A DNA stretch of 64,000 nucleotides from Bacillales bacterium (GTDB taxonomy: Bacteria; Bacillota; Bacilli; JARBTR01): positions 32,612-96,611 of the forward strand of contig JAVBKF010000119.1 in the NCBI GenBank assembly GCA_031554215.1, given 5' to 3'. The notes under the pieces were generated by a model, which did not search any database, was not told the DNA's origin, and saw only the letters and a list, made by a program, of their open reading frames with translations. The position numbers and the translations under genes are program-made. Within the stretch, counting starts at the first letter, position 1. Each line of letters starts with the position of its first letter. This document shows, piece after piece, positions 49,829-60,727 of the stretch.

Positions 49829-50444
49829 TGTAGATGGTACGTTAATTGATACAAATGAGTTAATCATTGATTCGTTTCTACACACACTGGAACATTTTTG
49901 TCCGGGGCAATATGGACGTGAAGATGTGATTCCGTTTATTGGTCCGACGCTCGAGGAGACATTTAGCTCGATTGATGCAGACCGAACAGATGAGATGGTA
50001 CAGGTGTATAGAAAGTTTAATGTCGGTAGACATGATGCGATGGTCAAAGAATTTACAGGCGTTTCAGAGGCAATCATTGCTTTAAAAGATGCGGGATACA
50101 AGCTAGGAATTGTGACTTCTAAGATGAATCGGCTTGCGATCAAGGGGCTGAATTTGTATGATTTAGATCGGTATTTTGACTGCATTATTGGTTGTGATGA
50201 TATTGTCAAACCAAAACCTGATGCTGAACCTGTGCTAAAGGCGTTGTCGCTCCTCCAGGCAACACCAGAAGAAGCGCTGATGGTCGGTGACCGGCATCAC
50301 GATATTTTGGCAGGAAAGAATGCGGGCACGGGTACAGTTGGTGTTAGTTGGTCTTTACTCGGCAGGTCTTACTTAGAAAAGTATCAGCCTGACTATATCA
50401 TTGATGATATGAAAGAGCTGCTCGCGATTGCTAAAGGGGAGTAA
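49797..50444 (+). CDS. ppaX: HAD-family pyrophosphatase PpaX-like
   Basis: HAD motif I LLFDVDGTLIDT, plus motifs II and III (S/T, K...GDRHHD). It overlaps the yvoD stop. Confidence 0.8.
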   Translation: MVKKITTLLFDVDGTLIDTNELIIDSFLHTLEHFCPGQYGREDVIPFIGPTLEETFSSIDADRTDEMVQVYRKFNVGRHDAMVKEFTGVSEAIIALKDAGYKLGIVTSKMNRLAIKGLNLYDLDRYFDCIIGCDDIVKPKPDAEPVLKALSLLQATPEEALMVGDRHHDILAGKNAGTGTVGVSWSLLGRSYLEKYQPDYIIDDMKELLAIAKGE

Positions 50445-50697
50445 CTGAATTTGTTAGCAGTTTCCTAGAAGAAAAGTTGTACCTAAAGGGAGCATCAAAA
50501 TTACCGCGGGGAGATGAATTTGTGATCTACTCGCTTCTCCTTATCAAATCAGCGTTTGTACTGTGCACATTACACCGTTTTGGCAAATTGAGAGGGCATG
50601 TTCCAATGGTTTCAACTAGGAGCCTGAATTTCCTCTCGTTTTTTTACTGAGAAATTGATAAAATAGAAAGATGATTTATGAAGGTAGTGTGATGTAG

Positions 50698-53600
50698 TTG
50701 AGTTTTTTTAAGAAGTTATTTGAAGAAGATGAAGAAAAAGACAAAAATGAGGTGGATGCAACAAAAACAAAGGGGAAGTTTCGCTTTCCTGTTGTTGATG
50801 ACCATTCCTTTAATACACTAAATGATAGAGATGTGTTGCAGCGAGAGCGGGATACAGATGATGAAGCGTATTCGCGGGTGAAGCGAACACGTCATTTTCG
50901 CACGGCTGATCCGGTCGAGGCACAAACTTCCCGCCGAGTTGGACGATCAAAGCTCAAGCAGCCCGATATGGAGCAGGGAACAGGTTTATTCCGCAAGAAA
51001 TTTAGACCGCTTGAAGTACCTCCACCAATGCACTTGATCAATCAATGTGATGAACAAGTGGTATTTGTTTTGCCTGATTTAGATGAAAAATGGGGCATAA
51101 GCTCCAAGAGGTCAGAGAAGACTCTTTATAGCGAGTATTTGAATTATATAGATGACATGAAGGGCACAGATGTAGCAAACCAATTAGATGCCGAACCTCA
51201 AGCAGTTGCGGAACCTCAAGCAGTGCAGGATGAAGTTCCAACTGCCGATGATATCCCAATTTTGCAAACTGGTGTAGCGCAAACGCCGCTAGTGGGCAGT
51301 AGTGAAAAGCCACTGAACCATTACCAGCAATATCTATCGCCAGACCTCCTGTCTGCGTCCGAGAAAGAATCAAGTTCTCTTGTAACACAGAAAGAGCCTG
51401 ATACTGCTACTTTTGTTGTGAGTTCTGTTCCGGTGCAGGGGGCTATTCAGATTACAGTGCCGAATGTATCACCCGGAAGTGAGGTTGATGTTCGTGTAAG
51501 GCAAGCAGATGACCGTGTTGCTAGCGATAGTGGAGGTCTACAGCAAATGGCGGTAAGAAGCGAACAATCAGCAAGAATGTCTAGCGAGTCAATGCAGGAG
51601 ACAATGACCCCACCAGATCAGGTAATTGAACAAAGTGATTTGGGGCAGGCATATAACGAAATACTAGAAGAGGGGCAACCGCAGACGGCGAGTGGTTTGA
51701 CGGAGCGAACATTGCAAGAGGAAACCGTGCTTGCTAGTATTCAGCCTGTCAGTACAATGCCTGTACAAGATGACCAAGTGATGGTAACAACGCTACCAGA
51801 GGCGAGTACGATCGTCAAAACAGCGCCAAACGCCGAGCAAGGTGCCGAACAAACTATCGCTTCAAATATAGAGCAAAGTGCCGCCCAAAACGTAGTTTCA
51901 ATGGCTCAGCAGGATGCAACAACGGCATCAGTATCGGTAGCAGCGCCAATAGAGCCAATAGAGCAAAATGCTGATGCGAGTAAGGCTTCACCGCCAGTGC
52001 AAGCTGAACCATTCGCTTCCACTGCAATACCAGAGCCAAATAGGGCGGTCAATATAGCGCCAACATTGGTGCAAGATATAGCGGGAACAGCATCAATATC
52101 TTCGGAGCAGCTCATTGAAACAGATCCAAACACATTCCAAGTGCAGCTAGAAGGTTCCGAATCAACTGTCACGGCAGCAGCACCAGTGTCTGGCATAGCT
52201 ACAATGCCTTCAGAAGCAGTACTTGCTAGTCAATCAGAGCAAATAATGGCTAATGATGAGCAGGGACAGTATGAAAAGCCGCTCATGGCATTTCTACGTC
52301 CGAAGAGTGACCAAGTAGCAGATACAAGTTGGGCGGAGTCGCAGGCGCAAGTACTTGACAGTACACTGATGGAGTTTAACGTCAATGCCAGTGTCGTTGA
52401 TTTTGCACAAGGACCATCTGTGACACGTTTTGAAATTCAGCCAGAGCCTGGGGTGAAAGTCAGTAAGATCACCAATCTTAGCGACGATTTGAAATTAAGT
52501 TTAGCAGCGCGTGATATCCGTATCGAGGCACCAATTCCGGGTAAGCGAACAGTGGGAATTGAAATTCCTAATCGTGACACACGTCCTGTTTTCATTCGTG
52601 AAATTCTCGAAGAAGATGCTTTTCAGAAACATCCATCGCCACTTGCAGTTGCAGTTGGGCTTGATATTTCTGGTGAGCCGATTGCCACAGATTTAGCGAA
52701 AATGCCACACGGCCTTGTTGCTGGTTCAACAGGTTCAGGGAAAAGTGTCTTTATCAATTCTTTACTAATTAGTCTACTGTATAAATCATCACCAGATGAT
52801 GTGAAGTTTCTTTTAATTGATCCGAAAATGGTTGAGCTCAATTCTTATAACGGGATTCCTCACCTCGTCTCTCCTGTGGTAACTGATCCGAAAGTGGCAA
52901 CAGCGGCGTTGAAGTGGGCTGTCGAGGAAATGGAACGTCGCTACGATCTTTTTGCAAAAACAGGCGTGCGCGATATTGTTCGTTTTAATGAAAAAGCAAA
53001 GAGTGCAAACCAAACATCAGTCAAATTGCCGTATATTGTGATTGTCATTGATGAGTTAGCAGATCTAATGATGACAGCTCCTGTTGATGTTGAGGAAGCT
53101 ATTTGCAGAATTGCTCAAAAGGCACGGGCTGCTGGGATGCATTTGATTGTCGCAACACAAAGACCATCTGTTGACGTGATTACTGGTCTGATTAAGGCCA
53201 ATATCCCAACGAGAATTGCCTTCTCCGTCTCAGCACAAACTGATTCGCGGACAATCCTTGACCAAGGCGGCGCAGAAAAGCTACTCGGGCGTGGTGATAT
53301 GCTGTTCCTTGAGAACGGAACATCGAAATCGGTTCGCTTACAAGGGACCTATGTCTCAGACGATGAAATCGAGGAAATTGTTGATTTTGTTAAAAGACAA
53401 GCAAAACCAAACTTCTTGTTTGCACCGGAGGATTTGATTAAATCTGAGCGCAGTCAAGCCGAAGAGGATAGTCAAGATCCGCTCTTCTTTGAAGCTTGCC
53501 GATTTGCGGTGGAAGTTAGTACCATTTCGATTTCCAGTCTGCAACGAAAGTATCGTGTCGGCTATAACCGGGCAGCACGGATGATTGATGTAATGGAACA

Positions 53601-53703
53601 GTTTGGCGTTATATCAGCATCGAATGGTAGTAAACCGCGAACGGTACTCATTTCATACGATGATTTAGATACGATTAAAGATTTGATGACGATTGAAGAC
53701 TAA
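50698..53703 (+). CDS. sftA: soluble FtsK/SpoIIIE-family DNA translocase, SftA-like (no N-terminal TM domain)
   Basis: About 500 aa of low-complexity N-terminal region, then an FtsK motor (Walker A GSTGSGKS, Walker B VIVIDELADLM) and a C-terminal gamma winged-helix domain. It lies next to murC, as in B. subtilis. TTG start. Confidence 0.8.
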   Translation: MSFFKKLFEEDEEKDKNEVDATKTKGKFRFPVVDDHSFNTLNDRDVLQRERDTDDEAYSRVKRTRHFRTADPVEAQTSRRVGRSKLKQPDMEQGTGLFRKKFRPLEVPPPMHLINQCDEQVVFVLPDLDEKWGISSKRSEKTLYSEYLNYIDDMKGTDVANQLDAEPQAVAEPQAVQDEVPTADDIPILQTGVAQTPLVGSSEKPLNHYQQYLSPDLLSASEKESSSLVTQKEPDTATFVVSSVPVQGAIQITVPNVSPGSEVDVRVRQADDRVASDSGGLQQMAVRSEQSARMSSESMQETMTPPDQVIEQSDLGQAYNEILEEGQPQTASGLTERTLQEETVLASIQPVSTMPVQDDQVMVTTLPEASTIVKTAPNAEQGAEQTIASNIEQSAAQNVVSMAQQDATTASVSVAAPIEPIEQNADASKASPPVQAEPFASTAIPEPNRAVNIAPTLVQDIAGTASISSEQLIETDPNTFQVQLEGSESTVTAAAPVSGIATMPSEAVLASQSEQIMANDEQGQYEKPLMAFLRPKSDQVADTSWAESQAQVLDSTLMEFNVNASVVDFAQGPSVTRFEIQPEPGVKVSKITNLSDDLKLSLAARDIRIEAPIPGKRTVGIEIPNRDTRPVFIREILEEDAFQKHPSPLAVAVGLDISGEPIATDLAKMPHGLVAGSTGSGKSVFINSLLISLLYKSSPDDVKFLLIDPKMVELNSYNGIPHLVSPVVTDPKVATAALKWAVEEMERRYDLFAKTGVRDIVRFNEKAKSANQTSVKLPYIVIVIDELADLMMTAPVDVEEAICRIAQKARAAGMHLIVATQRPSVDVITGLIKANIPTRIAFSVSAQTDSRTILDQGGAEKLLGRGDMLFLENGTSKSVRLQGTYVSDDEIEEIVDFVKRQAKPNFLFAPEDLIKSERSQAEEDSQDPLFFEACRFAVEVSTISISSLQRKYRVGYNRAARMIDVMEQFGVISASNGSKPRTVLISYDDLDTIKDLMTIED

Positions 53704-53887
53704 CGACTTCGGGTTCGGTATTCTGGTAAACACTTAGAAATGGTTCAGTCCAATGAATTGCGACTGAATCAATATAAAGGCGTTACCCAGTCGCTCAGTT
53801 TGGTTGATATTGATAAAGTTGATGCCAAAATCGACGATCAATAACGATGAATCAAGTGATGAGACATTGATTCTACAAGGAAAAGGG

Positions 53888-55012
53888 ATGGCTATGAAAG
53901 AGATTGAAATGAAGATGAATGGTGAGATTAGCCGTTTGACAAACCGAACATTTAAATTCGATAAACGCATTGCGGAAGGCTGGTTTTCGGCAGTCTATTT
54001 CCTGAAAACAAAGGAGATAGTTGAGGCAATGGTGCCAGACAACCTAGTGACAATGCAATTTTTTCAACGTGAAAATGGGGTTATTTGCGGGACGGATGAA
54101 GCCATTGCTTTAATTCAGTCCTTCGCTGAGGATCCAATGGCACTAGAAATCTATTCACTTAAAGACGGTGATAAAATGGAGCCGTTTGAGACAGTGATGA
54201 CAATTACAGGTGCCTATCAGAATTTTGGCTTCCTTGAGGGAATCATAGATGGCATTCTGGCAAGAAGAAGTTCTGTGGCAACGAATGTGTTTAATGTTGT
54301 GAAGGCAGCGAAGTCTGCGGGTGTTCAGAAGCCAGTTATTTTCATGGGTGATCGCGATGATCATTTTCAGATGCAGTCTGGTGATGGCTATGCCGCCTAT
54401 ATTGGCGGGGCAACGGCGCAAGCAACACATGCAATGAATGAGTGGTGGGGTGTAGAAGGCATGGGGACAATGCCACACGCACTGATTCAGTTATTCAATG
54501 GCGATATCGTGAAGGCTTGCGAGGCGTATGTCGAGAAGTTTCCAGATGATGATTTAATTGCGCTTGTTGACTACAATAATGATTGTATTGAGGATTCGTT
54601 AAAAGTGGCACGGAAATTTGGAGATAAACTAAGAGGTGTTCGGGTTGATACATCAAGAACGATGATTGATCAGTACTTCCTGAGAAACCAACAGCTCTTA
54701 GGATCGTTTGATCCGAGGGGTGTTTGCGCTGAGCTAGTCGTTGCCCTGCGAAGCGCCTTGGATAAGGAAGGCTATGGGCATGTAAAAATTTGTGTCAGTG
54801 GTGGTTTCACGGTAGATCGGATTAAATATTTTGAGAAAAATGGTGTTCCTGTTGATATGTACGGCGTAGGCGGTAGTTTGCTGAAGGTGAACTTAGGCTT
54901 TACAGGTGACAATGTTCAGCTGAATGGAAAGTCAGAAGCAAAGCAAGGGCGTAAATATCGGCCAAATCCTCGATTAGAAAAAGTAGAATTGCTAAATGAT
55001 TGTCCAGAGTAA
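53888..55012 (+). CDS. short archaeal-type nicotinate phosphoribosyltransferase family protein (Ta1145-like)
   Basis: Motifs shared with archaeal NAPRTases: AVYF, YIGGA....GTMPHAL, VRVDTS, KICVSGG. Start chosen at MAMKEIE after the AAGGAAAAGGG RBS. Confidence 0.7.
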   Translation: MAMKEIEMKMNGEISRLTNRTFKFDKRIAEGWFSAVYFLKTKEIVEAMVPDNLVTMQFFQRENGVICGTDEAIALIQSFAEDPMALEIYSLKDGDKMEPFETVMTITGAYQNFGFLEGIIDGILARRSSVATNVFNVVKAAKSAGVQKPVIFMGDRDDHFQMQSGDGYAAYIGGATAQATHAMNEWWGVEGMGTMPHALIQLFNGDIVKACEAYVEKFPDDDLIALVDYNNDCIEDSLKVARKFGDKLRGVRVDTSRTMIDQYFLRNQQLLGSFDPRGVCAELVVALRSALDKEGYGHVKICVSGGFTVDRIKYFEKNGVPVDMYGVGGSLLKVNLGFTGDNVQLNGKSEAKQGRKYRPNPRLEKVELLNDCPE

Positions 55013-55506
55013 TGTAGTGAGAATAACGTTGCAATCCAGCTGTGGATTTCATAATGGGTCTTTTTTTACAAGAGGTGAGTTGTGTTTGGCAATGAGGTAT
55101 ACAGGCATAAATGAATTGTTGAATTAGGCCTGTACCTTTGGATGGGACTCTGCTCTCCTGGCTATAGCTGGGTGATGAACGCTTTCTAATCAGCATTTTG
55201 TACTGGCTGTGAGGAAAACAACAAGTAACAGTATGAATCTGTAGGCAATGCTCACTTACAAAGAAAGGAATGCACGATAACCACTATGCATTTTCCAAAT
55301 AGCGAGTATTACTAGTTGACTCTGTGTTGTTTTTCAGGCATTCTAAAATGTGATTCATGAAAATAGTGCGTTGCAATGTAGAATCGGTTCATTTTTTCAA
55401 CTGTGATGATTATTAAATGTTTGATTCAATTTTTAGACATAATAAGAATGTCAATAAAATATATAGAAGATAGTACGCTGCGCTAAAGTGGCGTCGGGGG
55501 TAGGAC

Positions 55507-56799
55507 ATGACAGTGTATCATTTTGTGGGAATTAAAGGATCAGGCATGAGTGCACTGGCACAAGTGCTTTTCGATATGGGGCTGACTGTACAAGGATCTG
55601 ATATTGATAAACATTTCTTTACAGAGGTAGCACTCGTGGAACGTGGTATCAGGATCATGCCTTTTTCTGAGGAGAATGTTGAAGGCGGCATGACAGTGAT
55701 TGCGGGTAACGCTTTCCCTGAGACACATATTGAAATCGTTCGAGCGATGGAACTAGGTGTGCCCATTATTCGCTATCATCATTTCTTGGGCGAACTATTG
55801 AAGCGTTATACGAGTGTGGCAGTAACTGGCTGTCATGGTAAGACTTCAACAACTGGCCTGCTAGCTCATGTGTTAAGAGGGCTGGCACCGACATCTTTCC
55901 TCATCGGTGATGGCACTGGTCACGGTGATGAACAAGCTGAATATTTTGCTTTTGAGGCTTGTGAGTATCGCCGTCATTTCTTATCCTATCATCCCGATTA
56001 TTGCATTATGACGAATATTGATTTTGATCACCCTGATTATTACAAGAACATGGATGATGTCTCAGATGCCTTTCAAGAAATGGCGAACAATGTCAGTAAG
56101 GGAATCATTGCCGATGGCGACGATGAGAATCTGCGCAAATTACGTGCTGATGTTCCGATTATTTACTATGGATTCGGTGAGGACAACGAGTTCAGGGCAT
56201 GTAATGTTGTGAGTACTAGTGAGGGGACAATCTTTGATGTTTACGTCAAAGGTGATTTTCTTGATCAATTTCTTATTCCGACATTTGGTAACCATAGCGT
56301 ACTTAATGCATTAGGGGTAATTGCCCTTTGTACATATGAAAAAGGAGACCTTGCGATTGTGAAAATGCAATTGGCATCGTTCACTGGTGTGAAAAGACGA
56401 TTTACCGAGAAAGCTTTTGCTGGGCAGACGCTTGTTGATGATTATGCCCATCATCCAACGGAGATTTTTGCCACATTAGATTCAGCACGCAAAAAGTATC
56501 CTGACCGTGAGCTGGTGGCGATTTTTCAACCACATACCTTCACACGAACGCAAAAGTTTTTGAGAGAATTTGCTGAAGTGTTGAAAGGGGCTAATAAAGT
56601 CTACCTTTGTGATATTTTCGGTTCAGCAAGGGAAGATGCAGGTAGTTTATCAATTGAGGATTTACGTAAGGAAATTCCGGGTGCAGAAATCCTTTCTGAA
56701 AATGATACGGCGAGACTGAGGCAGCACGAAGGCGCTGTGCTCATTTTCATGGGTGCTGGTGATGTACAGAAGTATCAGGCTGCTTATGAGTGCTTGTAA
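55507..56799 (+). CDS. murC: UDP-N-acetylmuramate--L-alanine ligase
   Basis: Mur ligase N-terminal GIKGSGMS, central [10 protein letters not shown]-loop and a C-terminal domain. Confidence 0.9.
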   Translation: MTVYHFVGIKGSGMSALAQVLFDMGLTVQGSDIDKHFFTEVALVERGIRIMPFSEENVEGGMTVIAGNAFPETHIEIVRAMELGVPIIRYHHFLGELLKRYTSVAVTGCHGKTSTTGLLAHVLRGLAPTSFLIGDGTGHGDEQAEYFAFEACEYRRHFLSYHPDYCIMTNIDFDHPDYYKNMDDVSDAFQEMANNVSKGIIADGDDENLRKLRADVPIIYYGFGEDNEFRACNVVSTSEGTIFDVYVKGDFLDQFLIPTFGNHSVLNALGVIALCTYEKGDLAIVKMQLASFTGVKRRFTEKAFAGQTLVDDYAHHPTEIFATLDSARKKYPDRELVAIFQPHTFTRTQKFLREFAEVLKGANKVYLCDIFGSAREDAGSLSIEDLRKEIPGAEILSENDTARLRQHEGAVLIFMGAGDVQKYQAAYECL

Positions 56800-56826
56800 T
56801 TTGCTTGTATAGAGAGATTCTGAATA

Positions 56827-56867
56827 GAAAAACGCGCTAGTTCCGGGTCAGGAACAGCGCGTTTTTC
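56827..56867. terminator. bidirectional rho-independent terminator between murC (+) and the first M29 aminopeptidase gene (-)
   Basis: AAAAACGCGCTAGTTCCgggtcaGGAACAGCGCGTTTTT. Confidence 0.8.
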
Positions 56868-56951
56868 TATGCACATAGTTTGATCTGGACAATGATCATT
56901 TTCTAAGGGTAAGTAATTCGGCGTAAGTATCACGGCTAAATGTTTGCAATC

Positions 56952-58067
56952 CTATCTCAAGTTTTCTGGATTCAGACAACTGAGTTCAGGGAGGACAAAG
57001 TGTCCGTCTTTACGAATGAGGACATCGTCGAACCAGATTTCTCCCCCGCCCCACTCAGGGCGCTGAATACTCACTAAATCCCAATGGATAGCAGAATGAT
57101 TTCCATTCGATGCTGCCGCGTAGCATGAGCCTGGGGTAAAGTGAAAACTTCCATCAATTTTTTCATCAAAAAGAATATCTTGCATGGGGTTTAATATGTA
57201 AGGATTAACGCCTATTGCGAATTCGCCAACATAACGTGCGCCTTCATCGGTGTCAAACACGTTGTTCATACGCTCGGTGTCATTTGAAGTGGCCTCGATA
57301 ATCTGCCCATCTTTAAAAGTCAGTTTGATTTGCTCATAAGTGAATCCTTGGTATGGTGATGCGCAATTATAACGGATCACCCCGTTGACGGAATCACGCA
57401 CAGGTGCAGTATAAACTTCGCCATCAGGGATGTTTCGCAGTCCACAGCATTTGACAGCTGGAATATCCTTGATGGAGAAAGTCAAATCCGTTCCTGGTCC
57501 AACTAGGTGAACGCGGTCAGTCCTGTTCATCAGGTTGACGAGTTGTTCCATTGATTCAGCCATATGCTGATAGTCTAAGTTACAAACATTGAAATAGAAA
57601 TCCTCGAATGCCTCTGTGCTCATCTTTGCTAACTGTGCCATTGAACCATTTGGGTAACGAAGGATGACCCATTTTTTCTTTAAACGATGGTTTTTGTGCA
57701 CCTCTTGTAGAATTGTTTGCTCATAAATCTTTGTTTTTTCCGCAGGAATGTCTGAAAGTTCATTGATGTTAAATCCAGAGCGAACCCCGATATAAGCATC
57801 CATTTCCTTCATCAAATTAGCTTCATATGCTGCCATCGTCTCAAAATGTTTGGTTGTCGCACCTTTACGAAGTGCTCGTTCAACCCGCGCATCTTTCACG
57901 CTAACAAATGGCTGTCCACCAGCATTATACGCTTCCTCAATTAATGCTGTGACAAGCTCTAACTCAAATGAGCCGTTATTTTCGATAAACACCTTTTCTC
58001 CCTTTTGCAAGTGGACTGAATAGTTAATTAAGTTTTTTGCTAGTTGTTGCACTCTTGAGTCTCTCAA
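56952..58067 (-). CDS. M29-family aminopeptidase (AmpS / aminopeptidase T-like), paralogue 1 of 3
   Basis: 371 aa with M29 motifs (GPGTDLTFSI, DTDEGARYVGEFAIG, LFDEKIDGSFHFTPG). Confidence 0.8.
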   Translation of the reverse strand: MRDSRVQQLAKNLINYSVHLQKGEKVFIENNGSFELELVTALIEEAYNAGGQPFVSVKDARVERALRKGATTKHFETMAAYEANLMKEMDAYIGVRSGFNINELSDIPAEKTKIYEQTILQEVHKNHRLKKKWVILRYPNGSMAQLAKMSTEAFEDFYFNVCNLDYQHMAESMEQLVNLMNRTDRVHLVGPGTDLTFSIKDIPAVKCCGLRNIPDGEVYTAPVRDSVNGVIRYNCASPYQGFTYEQIKLTFKDGQIIEATSNDTERMNNVFDTDEGARYVGEFAIGVNPYILNPMQDILFDEKIDGSFHFTPGSCYAAASNGNHSAIHWDLVSIQRPEWGGGEIWFDDVLIRKDGHFVLPELSCLNPENLR

Positions 58068-58216
58068 AACGAATCTCTCCTTTGTTGTGTGTTTGGTTAC
58101 TAGCGGGTTAAGATTGCTTCAGCGTGGGGCAGGATTTGGTTTCATCTTTCACTTTTCAGCTTTAGGCTAACAGTCATCCAGTTTAACTAAATATCAGGAC
58201 GGTAAGCTGACGGATA

Positions 58217-58255
58217 AAAGCACTTACCCATTGCCTGAAATAGGTAAGTGCTTTT
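58217..58255. terminator. rho-independent terminator between M29 paralogues 1 and 2
   Basis: AAAAGCACTTACC...GGTAAGTGCTTTT. Confidence 0.7.
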
Positions 58256-58269
58256 GTCCGCTTTAAACA

Positions 58270-59385
58270 CTATTGAAGGTTTTCTGGGTTTAGACACTCA
58301 AGTTCTGGTAGAACAAAGCGGCCATCCTTGCGGATCAACACATCATCAAACCAGATTTCCCCGCCGCCCCATTCAGGACGCTGAATGTTGACTAGGTCCC
58401 AATGAATGGCGGATTGATTGCCGTTTGATGCCTCGTCATAGCAAGACCCAGGTGTGAAATGGAAACTACCATCAATCTTTTCATCAAAGAGAATGTCTTG
58501 CATTGGGTTTTGGATGAAAGGATTGACGCCAATCGCAAATTCACCAACATAACGTGCGCCCTCGTCAGTATCAAATACTTGGTTAATCCTTTCTGTGTTA
58601 TTGGCAGTTGCTTCAATAATTTTGCCATCTTTAAACTTCAGCTGAACATTTTCATAGGTAAATCCTTGGTATGGCGATGCGCAGTTATAAGAAATAACGC
58701 CGCTCACTGAATCACGAACTGGTGCCGTATAGACTTCTCCGTCCGGGATATTTGCTGTCCCTGCACATTTAATTGCTGGTATGTCTTTAATCGAGAATTT
58801 CAAATCAGTACCTGGTCCAACAAGGTGAACGCTGTCTGTATTGTTCATTAGTGTGACCAAATTTTCCATCGCATCACCCATTTTGCGATAATCGAGATTA
58901 CAAACATTGAAGTAGAAATCTTCAAAGCCCTCTGTACTCATTTTCGCAAGCTGTGCCATAGATCCTGATGGGTAACGAAGAACGACCCATTTTGTTTTCA
59001 AGCGATGTTCTTTATGTACGTCATTCCAAATCGTTTGTTCATAAATTTTTGTTTTATCAGCTGGGACATCTGACATTTCATTGATATTTGCACCGGAGCG
59101 AAGACCAATGTAGGCATCCATTTCTTTCATGAGGTTTGCTTCGTACTCCGCCATTTTCTGGAAATGTCCTAGTGTTGCCCCCTTGCGAAGTGCTCTTTCA
59201 ACGCGTGCATCCTTCACACTAACAAACGGTTGACCACCAGCTTTATACGCTTCCTCAACTAGTGCAGTGACTAGGTCGAGTTCAAAAGTGCCGTTGTTTT
59301 CAATGTATACGGTTTCCCCTTTTTGCAAACTTACAGAATAATTAATTAAATTTCTGGCTAATTGCTGTACTCTTGGATCTCTCAT
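58270..59385 (-). CDS. M29-family aminopeptidase, paralogue 2 of 3
   Basis: 371 aa, roughly 80% identical to paralogue 1 by eye. Confidence 0.8.
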   Translation of the reverse strand: MRDPRVQQLARNLINYSVSLQKGETVYIENNGTFELDLVTALVEEAYKAGGQPFVSVKDARVERALRKGATLGHFQKMAEYEANLMKEMDAYIGLRSGANINEMSDVPADKTKIYEQTIWNDVHKEHRLKTKWVVLRYPSGSMAQLAKMSTEGFEDFYFNVCNLDYRKMGDAMENLVTLMNNTDSVHLVGPGTDLKFSIKDIPAIKCAGTANIPDGEVYTAPVRDSVSGVISYNCASPYQGFTYENVQLKFKDGKIIEATANNTERINQVFDTDEGARYVGEFAIGVNPFIQNPMQDILFDEKIDGSFHFTPGSCYDEASNGNQSAIHWDLVNIQRPEWGGGEIWFDDVLIRKDGRFVLPELECLNPENLQ

Positions 59386-59474
59386 TTTACTGTCTCCTTC
59401 TGATAAAGGTTGAACCCTTTGATAAACTACATTCTACACCATATAAGTCAAAAAGTTAAATGATACAGGTTGAG

Positions 59475-59500
59475 AAAAAACAGACCGCTCTACGTGCGGT
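59475..59500 (-). terminator. rho-independent terminator downstream of M29 paralogue 3
   Basis: On the minus strand: AACCGCacgtagaGCGGT followed by a T6 run. Confidence 0.55.
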
Positions 59501-59614
59501 TAGAGTAACCTTGTACATAGGTGCTCAGAGTCAAGGCATTCGCGTGAAAGGTGCTTGACCAGTTCTATATAAGTGATGCTTATTCATTTGACTGAATAAA
59601 AAATCGCCGGATGA

Positions 59615-60727
59615 CTATCGTAAATTTTCTGGATTCAAGCACTCAAGCGTTGGCAAAGTGAAGCGGCCGTCCTTCCTGATGAGGACATCATCAAACCAAA
59701 TTTCACCACCACCCCATTCAGGGCGCTGAATGCTAACAAGATCCCAATGAATCACAGACTGATTGCCATTTGAAGCACCACTGTAGCATGTTCCAGGCGT
59801 GAAATGAAAACTGCCTGCAATTTTTTCATCAAATAAGGTATCCAGCATTGGACTGAGAATATGCGGATTGAGGCCAATCGCAAATTCACCGATGTACCTA
59901 GCGCCTTCATCCGTATCTAAGACCTTATTCAAACGTTTGCTATCATTGGCAGTTGCCTCAACAATCTTGCCATCCTTGAATTTGAAGACAATATTTTCAA
60001 AAGTGAAACCATTATGGATGGACGCACAATTGTAGGATAGAATGCCGTTGACTGAGTCGCGCACTGGTGCGCTATAAACCTCTCCATCTGGAATATTCCG
60101 AATGCCGTAACATTTGACTGCAGGAATGTCCTTAATTGAAAAAGTCAGGTCGGTACCTGGTCCGATAATATGTACGCGATCAGTATGATTCATCAGCGTC
60201 ACAAGATTTTCCATGGCATATCCCATCTTGCGATAGTCAACATTTGACACCTTGAAATAGAAATCTTCAAATGCTTCCGTACTCATCTTGGCTAGTTGGG
60301 CCATTGAGTTACTTGGAAACCGAATTACGACCCACCGAGTATTTTCTAAATTTTGATGAATGGCTTTGACAACTGTTTGTTTAAATATTTGATTGCGCTC
60401 GCCGGATACGTCTGATAATTCATTAACATTTGTACCTGATGTTAAACTGATATAGGCATCCATCTCTCCAAAAATAGCGGCTTCATAGTTAGCCATTTTT
60501 TGAAAATGATCTACTGTCGCTCCGTTTCTGAGGACTCTTTCAACTCTGGCATCCTTCACACTAACGAAAGGTTGGCCGCCAGCTTTATAGGCTTCTTCAA
60601 TGAGAGCAATTACGAAATCTTGTTCAAAGGAGCCAAGATTTTCAATAAGCATCTTCTCTCCCTTTTGTAATTTGACAGAATAATTAATTAAATTACTTGC
60701 TAATTCCTGCAGACGAAAATCTCTCAT
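59615..60727 (-). CDS. M29-family aminopeptidase, paralogue 3 of 3 (most divergent)
   Basis: 370 aa with the same motif set. Roughly 65-70% identical to the other two by eye. Confidence 0.8.
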   Translation of the reverse strand: MRDFRLQELASNLINYSVKLQKGEKMLIENLGSFEQDFVIALIEEAYKAGGQPFVSVKDARVERVLRNGATVDHFQKMANYEAAIFGEMDAYISLTSGTNVNELSDVSGERNQIFKQTVVKAIHQNLENTRWVVIRFPSNSMAQLAKMSTEAFEDFYFKVSNVDYRKMGYAMENLVTLMNHTDRVHIIGPGTDLTFSIKDIPAVKCYGIRNIPDGEVYSAPVRDSVNGILSYNCASIHNGFTFENIVFKFKDGKIVEATANDSKRLNKVLDTDEGARYIGEFAIGLNPHILSPMLDTLFDEKIAGSFHFTPGTCYSGASNGNQSVIHWDLVSIQRPEWGGGEIWFDDVLIRKDGRFTLPTLECLNPENLR

